This document shows positions 40,288 to 46,879 of a DNA stretch of 46,879 bases, piece by piece; positions within the stretch are counted from its first letter, which is position 1, and each line of letters begins with the position of its first letter. The translations under genes were made by a program, and so were the position numbers. The DNA is from Planctomycetota bacterium (GTDB lineage Bacteria; Planctomycetota; SZUA-567; H5-PLA8): assembly GCA_045863855.1 (NCBI GenBank), contig BTVV01000043.1, positions 1-46,879 of the forward strand. The letters are read 5' to 3'. The notes under the pieces were generated by a model, which worked only from the letters and a program-made list of their open reading frames with translations, was not told the DNA's origin and searched no databases.

Positions 40288-43200
40288 ATGGCAGATGAGG
40301 CCTCGCCCCCAGCCGGAGCCGTCGGTAACCGGGCGGAAGCCGAGCGGTTGCTGCAGCAGGGGCTCGATCACTACGACCGCGAGCAGTTGGAAGAGGCGCT
40401 GAACTGCTACCAACAGGCCATTGCCGCCGATTCCGAATTCGCGCTCGCCTACAACAACGTCGGCATGATCTTGATCGACCTGGAGCAGTACGAACAGGCG
40501 CTCGAGTACCTGTACTATTCGATCCGGCTGCAGCCCGAGAGCGGGGAATCGTTCAGCAACCTGGGTTTTGCGCTGCGCCGCGTCGGGCGCGATCTGGAAG
40601 CCGCCACGGCGTACGCTCAGTTCCTGGCGCTTGAGCCGGAGTTGGAAGAAGGCGAACGGATCAAGCAGTGGATCCTGCAGGTCATGGAAGCTCAGGGGCT
40701 TCAGGAACTGCCGCCGTTCCAGTTCCCCGAAGAGCGAGCGGCGGCCCAAGCGGAAGCGGCGCCGGAAGCTCCGCCCGAGCCGGCCCCCGAACCCGAACCG
40801 GCGCCCGCGCCGGCTCCCGCCGCGGAAGAACCGCGCAAGATCAAGAAAATGGCCGCCTGGGAAGCGTCGGCCGCGCCGCAGCAGACGCTGGCTCCGTTGA
40901 CGCCGACCGGCGAGTACGCCGACGCGCCCGCGGCGACTCCGGCCGCCGCCGCTCCTCATGCGCCGTCGCAGCGCGTCACGCCGGTCCGGCCAGTCTCGCG
41001 GGTGGCGGCCCAGTCCGTCCAGGCGCCCGCCGCCGCGCCGGTTCAGGCCGCGCCAGCCGTACAACCGGTGTCGCAAGCCGCTCCGCCCGCGGCACAAGGC
41101 GGGCAGGCCGAAGACTGGATCGAAGCGGCGCTGGATTGTTTCGCCGCCGGCGACATGGACGGCGCGACCGAACGATTGAACCAAGTGCTGCAAGGCGATC
41201 CGGCCAACGCCGAGGCACTGACCGGCTTGGGCAAGGTGCTCGTGCGGCTGGAGCAATACGACGAAGGCATCGGGCGGCTGCAGGAAGCGCTGAGCATCGA
41301 TCCGGAGGATCCGGCGGCTTACTACGTGCTGGGTTTCGCGCTTCGCGCGACCGGACGTGAGTCCGAGGCGGCCGATGCGTACGACCAGTTCCTGGCTCGG
41401 ATGCCCGACGCACTCGACGCGGCGCGTATGCGGCAGTGGGTGGAGCAGGTGCGGGGCAATGGGGCACAAGCGCCGGTACAGGAAGGCCCTCCGGCTCAGG
41501 ACGAAGCGCAGGAACAGCCCGCGACACTGATTCAGCCCCAGGAAGGCGCGGCGGATGCCGACGCCGAAGCTCAAGGCGGTCCCGGCGATTCCGGCGGCGC
41601 GCTTTTTGTCCCCAAGACCGAGAACGACAAGCGCTTCCTCGAAGCGCAGGGCATGTTCCAGGACGGCGACCTCGACCGCAGCTACCGCATTTGCGTAAGC
41701 GTGCTGAACGACGATCCGGGGCACTACCGCAGCCGCGCGCTCTTGGGCCGCATCCTGCTGCGCCAGAAGCAGTACGAGCAGGCGATCGAGCAGTTGGAAG
41801 GCTCGCTGGTCACCGAACCGGATTACGCCGAGGCGCTCTATTTCCTGGGCCAGGCGTACGAGCGCGCCGGCGGACGCGATAAGGCCAAGGAAGCCTACAA
41901 GCGCTGCATCGAAGTATCGCCCGAAGGGCCGCGCGCCGAACGCCTGCGCGAATGGCTGTCCGGGCAGACCGCCGCGCTCCTGAAGGAATCGGGCGAACAG
42001 ATTCAGTGCGAACTGTGCCTGCGCTACTTCCCCGAAGAGGAAGTCCGCCTGCACGACAGCAAGAATACGTGCAAAGGCTGCTTGGCGCTGATCGGCGCGC
42101 TGCCGGCGGAAGAAATGAACGCCAGCGGCCTGCCGCATGGGCACGGCCCGGATGCGCCGCCGCCGCTTACCAGCCCGGAAGCCGTGACCGAGCCGCGCCG
42201 CCGGCCGCGCGGCGTGCTGCTGACGGGCGTCGGCGCGGTGCTGGTCCTGGCGCTGCTGGGCGGCGCGTGGACGTTTACGAAGCTGCCCGAGCGTCTAGGC
42301 TTGCGCAAGACTGTGGAAGTCGCGCCGCCTCCGCCTCCGCCTGACCAAAACCCCACGCCTCCGCCGCCTCCGCCCGACGCGTTCGACGCCGGGAAAGTCG
42401 CGCTGGAGGGCGAAGCCGCCGGACGCCTGTTGCCGTGCGCGGCCTGGAGCTTCCAGCCGCGCCTGGCCGGGATGGATAAGGCGCCGGCAGGACTGAAGGT
42501 CGAGTACGCGCTGACGCAAGCCCCGGAAGGAATGACGGTGGATGCGGCGACCGGCGCGGTGGCCTGGACGCCGCGGCCCGACAACTACGAAACCCTGAAG
42601 GACGGCCTGACGCTGACGGTCGAACTCACCGCTCGCGGGCTGCGTGGCGCCGAAAACGAAGAGGTGTTCAAGGTCTCGCGGCAGTGGACACTGAGCCTGC
42701 AATTCAGCCTCCAAGCCGCCGATCCTAAACCGCTGGAAGTGGAAACCGATCAGCGCGTGGCGCTGGCGGGCGGGGACTTTAACGGCGACAAGCTCTACGA
42801 CTTCGCGCTGGCGGCCGGGCATTTCGGCGTCGGGCGCGTAAAGTTCTATTTCCAGATGCAGGACCACTCGCTTTCGGTGCCGCTGCCCTTCAACACACAG
42901 GGGCAAATCACCGCGTTGGCGGCCACGGACCTGAACCAGGACGGGCGCATGGATCTGGCCGCGGCCAATCTCTTCCGCGGCGACGTGTCGTTTTTCCTGC
43001 AAAACGCGCAGAGCCAGCCGGTGGAAGGCCCGCGGATCGCCGTGGGCCGCGGGCCGGTGGCGCTGTGCGTGCAGGATCTGGACGGCGACAAGCAGGTGGA
43101 GATCGGCGTGCTGCTGGGCCTGGGCCGCGCGCTGGCCATCGCTTCGTATCAGGGCGACGGGCGCTTTACCGAGGTCAAGCGCGTGGCGATGCCTGCCGGC

Positions 43201-44283
43201 GGACCGTTGGGCTGGGTGCTGCCTTGGCCGTCGGTCGAGGCCGGAGCCGGTTTCCTGGCCGTCCTGCCGCTGGCCGAGAAGCCGCTCCAGTTCGTGCCTT
43301 ACTCGAAGTCCGGCGGCCCCGGGTTGGCGGTGCCATCAGGGTTGTCCGGCGAACCGCTGGTGGCGGGTGTGGCGCGGATGACCTTCACCGCCGCGGACGG
43401 AGGACCCGATCAGGCGCGGCTGCTGGTGCTGATCAACGATAAGGAAGGCGAAGTGCGGGTGCTGGAAGAACGCCAGGGACAGTTCATGGCCGACACCACG
43501 CGGCGAAGCGTTATGCTGGGCGATTTGGCGCTGGCCATTCGAACGGCCGACTTCAACCTCGACGGCCGCGAAGACCTGCTGGTCGTGATGCCGGAATCGG
43601 CGCGCATTTACTTTCAGGACGCTTCCGGGTTTCAGCCCGGTCCGCGCTACACGGGCTTCGGGCGGCTGCAGGCGGCCTGCGAAATCGCCGACTTCAACGG
43701 CGACCGGCGCCCCGACCTGATGCTCCTGACCGAGAAGCAGGAAATCCTGGTATTGCAGTCGGAGATCAAGGAGCCGACCTCGTCCGCCGTGGCGGAGGCG
43801 AAGGGCTTCCCGGGGCAGGATGAACTGAAAACCGTGCAACTCGGCGAGCCGCTCAAGAGTCCAACCCATGGGTTCGAGATGCGCGCACCGGAGGGTATGG
43901 ACACGAAGCTCGACGAAGCGCCGGAAACGCCGTTCCGCGCACAGGAATCCGGAGAAGAACCGGTCCGGTCACGGGTCTGGATCAATTGGTTCGAAGAAGC
44001 GCCGCCGGCCGTGGACGCCACGCGCGAGAAGTACAAGGCAAACAACGAAGATCTGGAATGGGTGGGCGAACCCGTACTGGGAAGTCTGGCTTCGGCCCAG
44101 GCCGCGCGCCTGGAGTTTAAAATGAAGGGCGAGGACGGGAAACTCAAGCATAGCGTCGTATACATCGTGGATCTGGGCAAGCGCTACGCGGAGATCGTGA
44201 TCCTGATGGACGAGGACCTCTGGCTGGCGCGTAAGGCGCGCTACGAGGCCGTCGCGCGCAGTTTCGTACCGCCGAAGAAGTGA
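40288..44283 (+). CDS. TPR clusters + Zn finger + TM + Ig-like + FG-GAP propeller + PsbP-like domain protein (1331 aa)
   Basis: Three TPR clusters; CELC..CKGC; TM GVLLTGVGAVLVLALLGGAWTF; APEGMTVDAATGAVAWTP; FG-GAP motifs DFNGDKLYD, DLNQDGRMD, DLDGDKQVE, DFNLDGRED, DFNGDRRPD. Confidence 0.85.
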   Translation: MADEASPPAGAVGNRAEAERLLQQGLDHYDREQLEEALNCYQQAIAADSEFALAYNNVGMILIDLEQYEQALEYLYYSIRLQPESGESFSNLGFALRRVGRDLEAATAYAQFLALEPELEEGERIKQWILQVMEAQGLQELPPFQFPEERAAAQAEAAPEAPPEPAPEPEPAPAPAPAAEEPRKIKKMAAWEASAAPQQTLAPLTPTGEYADAPAATPAAAAPHAPSQRVTPVRPVSRVAAQSVQAPAAAPVQAAPAVQPVSQAAPPAAQGGQAEDWIEAALDCFAAGDMDGATERLNQVLQGDPANAEALTGLGKVLVRLEQYDEGIGRLQEALSIDPEDPAAYYVLGFALRATGRESEAADAYDQFLARMPDALDAARMRQWVEQVRGNGAQAPVQEGPPAQDEAQEQPATLIQPQEGAADADAEAQGGPGDSGGALFVPKTENDKRFLEAQGMFQDGDLDRSYRICVSVLNDDPGHYRSRALLGRILLRQKQYEQAIEQLEGSLVTEPDYAEALYFLGQAYERAGGRDKAKEAYKRCIEVSPEGPRAERLREWLSGQTAALLKESGEQIQCELCLRYFPEEEVRLHDSKNTCKGCLALIGALPAEEMNASGLPHGHGPDAPPPLTSPEAVTEPRRRPRGVLLTGVGAVLVLALLGGAWTFTKLPERLGLRKTVEVAPPPPPPDQNPTPPPPPPDAFDAGKVALEGEAAGRLLPCAAWSFQPRLAGMDKAPAGLKVEYALTQAPEGMTVDAATGAVAWTPRPDNYETLKDGLTLTVELTARGLRGAENEEVFKVSRQWTLSLQFSLQAADPKPLEVETDQRVALAGGDFNGDKLYDFALAAGHFGVGRVKFYFQMQDHSLSVPLPFNTQGQITALAATDLNQDGRMDLAAANLFRGDVSFFLQNAQSQPVEGPRIAVGRGPVALCVQDLDGDKQVEIGVLLGLGRALAIASYQGDGRFTEVKRVAMPAGGPLGWVLPWPSVEAGAGFLAVLPLAEKPLQFVPYSKSGGPGLAVPSGLSGEPLVAGVARMTFTAADGGPDQARLLVLINDKEGEVRVLEERQGQFMADTTRRSVMLGDLALAIRTADFNLDGREDLLVVMPESARIYFQDASGFQPGPRYTGFGRLQAACEIADFNGDRRPDLMLLTEKQEILVLQSEIKEPTSSAVAEAKGFPGQDELKTVQLGEPLKSPTHGFEMRAPEGMDTKLDEAPETPFRAQESGEEPVRSRVWINWFEEAPPAVDATREKYKANNEDLEWVGEPVLGSLASAQAARLEFKMKGEDGKLKHSVVYIVDLGKRYAEIVILMDEDLWLARKARYEAVARSFVPPKK

Positions 44284-44305
44284 TCGCGGCGGGGGGAGGC
44301 GACGT

Positions 44306-45757
44306 ATGAAACGCTCCGGTTGGTGCTGCTGGGCGGGTGTGTTGCTGGCCGCGAGTCTGGCGGCGCAGGATGAGTTCAACGTCGAAGACCTGCCGCGCGA
44401 AGAGATCGTGCTGCCCGGCGGAGGGAAGACGTACAACGTCCGCTATTTGAACCGTCCGTGGCACGAAGTGGATACCTCCATCCTGCAGTCCCGCAATATG
44501 CTCGAGTCCCAGGACGTCTGCTTCGAGGGCAAGTTCGACATCCTGATCAAAACCGAAGTCAAACTGCTGGGCGTGCGCGGACGCATCGTCTGCCAGGACC
44601 CCCAGCGCTTGCGCTTCATGGAATCGCTGAAGCGCGGGGACAACGTCTGGATCTGTGGCACGCTGCGTCCCAAGCCGGGCGACCAGAGCGTGGAATTGGC
44701 GCTCGTCGAGGTCAAACGCTTGCAGGCCGATCTGCCGCGCTTCGAACGGCGCTTCGATCTCTATAAGCAAAAGTCGGACGCGGGAGCCTTGGAAGATCTG
44801 GGCCATCGCATCTCCAAGCTCCTGAACAGCAAGATTCACGATTTCAACCAGCACGACCAGTTCGTCGCGCTGCGCACCAAGACCTGGACTCTTTCGCTTG
44901 CCCTGCGCAAGCGTGAACTGGCGGCCAACGACGCCGAAGGGCTCTACAATCTGGCGGTGAAGACCTACGACCTGCTGCGCCGGACGCACGAGTACCACGA
45001 AATGATCCGGCAGGTGCTGGCCGTGGACCCGAACCACCCGCAGGCCAGCCGGGTAGCACGCGACGAGATGGATATGTTCAAGATCGGCGGGCGCTGGATG
45101 ACCCGCGACGAACACGAGAAAATGCTGGCCGAACAAGCGCAGCAGGTGCAGCAGACCGAAGCCGCGCAGAAGGAAGCCTTCGAGCGCAAGCGCCAGCAGC
45201 GCGAAGCGGCGGCGCGCGAACGGCAACGCCTGCTCTCGACCTTCTTGACCGCGTTGCGCACGCCGGATGTGAAGGCCACCGAAGGCGCTCTGCGCAGCTT
45301 GGGTGAAGCCGTGCGCGACACGCCCGATCCCATATTCGGGCGCATGGGCGTGGACGTGTTGGCGCACTTCGACGATCCGGCCTCGATCAAGCCAGGGCTC
45401 GATTTGGCCGTGCGCTGCGATTATTCCGAAGTGCGCCGCGACGCGCTGGAGGCGCTGGCCTGGCGCGGCGACGAAGCGGCCCTCGCGACGCTAGCCGACG
45501 CGCTCAAGCGCGAACAGGATACCGACACCGCGCGCAGCGGCATCGAAGCGCTGGTCCGCCACGGCGGCAAGCCCGCGTGCGCCGCCTTGATGGCGGGCCT
45601 GGAAGCCGAGAATCAGCGTGTCGGCTCGGAAGTCGTCGAAGGGCTCAAAACGCTGACCGGGCAGACGACGCTGACCACGCGCGAAGAGTGGGAGCGCTGG
45701 TGGCAGGAAAACAGGGAACGCGCCGATCTGAATTTCGCCAAGCCGCCGGGGCAGTAA
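44306..45757 (+). CDS. Exported protein with an OB-fold-like region and C-terminal HEAT repeats
   Basis: Signal peptide ending SLAA-Q; LKRGDNVWICGTL; VRRDALEALA, ARSGIEALV, VVEGLKTLTG; WERWW tail. Confidence 0.75.
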   Translation: MKRSGWCCWAGVLLAASLAAQDEFNVEDLPREEIVLPGGGKTYNVRYLNRPWHEVDTSILQSRNMLESQDVCFEGKFDILIKTEVKLLGVRGRIVCQDPQRLRFMESLKRGDNVWICGTLRPKPGDQSVELALVEVKRLQADLPRFERRFDLYKQKSDAGALEDLGHRISKLLNSKIHDFNQHDQFVALRTKTWTLSLALRKRELAANDAEGLYNLAVKTYDLLRRTHEYHEMIRQVLAVDPNHPQASRVARDEMDMFKIGGRWMTRDEHEKMLAEQAQQVQQTEAAQKEAFERKRQQREAAARERQRLLSTFLTALRTPDVKATEGALRSLGEAVRDTPDPIFGRMGVDVLAHFDDPASIKPGLDLAVRCDYSEVRRDALEALAWRGDEAALATLADALKREQDTDTARSGIEALVRHGGKPACAALMAGLEAENQRVGSEVVEGLKTLTGQTTLTTREEWERWWQENRERADLNFAKPPGQ

Positions 45758-45767
45758 TGCGGCGGCT

Positions 45768-46301
45768 TCAGGGCCGCGGCCCGTACTCCAGCACTTCGTA
45801 GCTCGGTTTGCCGTCGATTTCCACCCGCGCGACTCCGAACGCCAGCGCCGCGTTCGTCCAGGTTTTCACTTTTTCCTTACGGCCTGACTCTTCCCGGCTC
45901 GATTCGCCCACCGCGCAGCGCAGTTTTTGGCCCGCGACCTTGAGGTCGTCGGATTGGGGCGAGTTCGGGGGCGCTTCGGCCGCCGCCGGCGGAAGAACGC
46001 GCAGGCGTTCTTCGTAGGTCTCGGCCACGCCCGCGTATTCGATCCGCGATTTGACGCGCAGCCACCGCGCCTCGCCATCGCGTTCGACCGCTTCGATGCT
46101 GCGCGTGACCACCGCTTCCACGCTGCGTTCGGCGTCCAGGCGCACGGAGAGACGTGCGCGAATCCATTGTCCAGCGCGCGCCTGTTTGATCCAGGGGCCG
46201 GGTGGGAGGGGGAATTCGGGTAGCGCCGGGGTTTCGGCCGACCAAGCCTGGACGGCCAAACAGCACAGCGGCCAAAGGCCCAAGCGGACCGCGCGCCTCA
46301 T
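45768..46301 (-). CDS. Exported hypothetical protein, paralog of 46298..46837
   Basis: ATG 46301 overlaps the upstream TGA (ATGA); signal peptide; shares G.WI, V.G....C, K.W and terminal [Y/F]G motifs with its neighbour. Confidence 0.72.
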   Translation of the reverse strand: MRRAVRLGLWPLCCLAVQAWSAETPALPEFPLPPGPWIKQARAGQWIRARLSVRLDAERSVEAVVTRSIEAVERDGEARWLRVKSRIEYAGVAETYEERLRVLPPAAAEAPPNSPQSDDLKVAGQKLRCAVGESSREESGRKEKVKTWTNAALAFGVARVEIDGKPSYEVLEYGPRP

Positions 46302-46837
46302 TTGCCGGAACCGAAGCCGGAGAGGACGAACGTCTGCGTCCCGCCGTTGGGTGTCTCCACTTCGGACTTTACTTTCCCGCCCATCGGCACGTCGGGCGAG
46401 GTCCAGACTTTCTGCGTGGTGACCAGTTCGTTTTCGCCGACGGTGACGGTGATTTTCCACTGCACCCACTGGCAAGGGTATACCTTGCCGTTCACCGTCA
46501 CGTCTTCGGCGCCTTCGCCGATTTTTTCCTGGCGGATGGCCTTGGACGTCTTGGCCGTGCCGGCGGCCTCTTTGAGTTTGTAAACGTTCCGCCTCGTGAC
46601 GGGCTGGCCGGCGACTTCGGTGCTCGTCTCGACCGTTACCTCGTCGTTGCCGCGCTCGACGACCGTTTCGCGGTGCGTGTACGCGACCGGATTTCCACCT
46701 TGCTGAGCGCTGACCTTCCACTCGATCCAGTCGCCCGGCTTGGACTTGGCGTAAGGACTCGCGGCGCCGTCGGCCGCGGCGATGCGCGTGGCGCACACCA
46801 GGACACACAGCCCCGTCAGAGCATGGATCGCACGCAT
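46298..46837 (-). CDS. Exported beta-rich hypothetical protein
   Basis: Purine-rich GGGGAGGG stretch upstream; signal peptide; PYAKSKPGDWIEW, VTVNGKVYPC, KVWTSPDVPMGGKVK. Confidence 0.78.
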   Translation of the reverse strand: MRAIHALTGLCVLVCATRIAAADGAASPYAKSKPGDWIEWKVSAQQGGNPVAYTHRETVVERGNDEVTVETSTEVAGQPVTRRNVYKLKEAAGTAKTSKAIRQEKIGEGAEDVTVNGKVYPCQWVQWKITVTVGENELVTTQKVWTSPDVPMGGKVKSEVETPNGGTQTFVLSGFGSGK

Positions 46838-46879
46838 GGTCCCGCTTCCCCTCCCCGCGGTCCGGCACGGGCGTGACCC

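Overview
High-GC bacterial chromosomal segment, most likely from Planctomycetota (inferred from the RpoA N-terminus MRIRWRGFELP and the prenyltransferase-repeat, TPR, HEAT and FG-GAP proteins). In order: sfsA and a convergent TSUP gene separated by a 164-bp MITE-like element; the alpha ribosomal operon (infA-rpmJ-rpsM-rpsK-rpsD-rpoA-rplQ), detached from secY/spc; an ArnT-like glycosyltransferase, a PilZ protein, a metallophosphoesterase and two small charged proteins; a co-directional envelope cluster (degenerate S26 peptidase, TPR-Ig protein, Zn-ribbon/prenyltransferase-repeat protein, two paralogous LolD-like ATPases, membrane GNAT); a GntR/HutC-regulated sugar operon (DhnA aldolase, Gfo/Idh/MocA oxidoreductase, xylose-isomerase-like enzyme); a prkA-yeaH-spoVR operon interrupted by two membrane-protein genes; a TIGR00300 protein; a 1797-aa pseudokinase/coiled-coil protein; and a cluster with a degenerate HhH-GPD protein, a HAD hydrolase, a protein of four ClpX-type zinc fingers, a Trm112-like protein, a TPR-TM-Ig-FG-GAP protein and exported HEAT/hypothetical proteins. 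No rRNA, tRNA, CRISPR array or transposase was seen. The most notable items are the pseudokinase/coiled-coil protein and its integrin-like neighbourhood, the stop-codon-regenerating MITE, and several apparent pseudo-enzymes. All family calls come from motif recognition by eye; no database searches were run.
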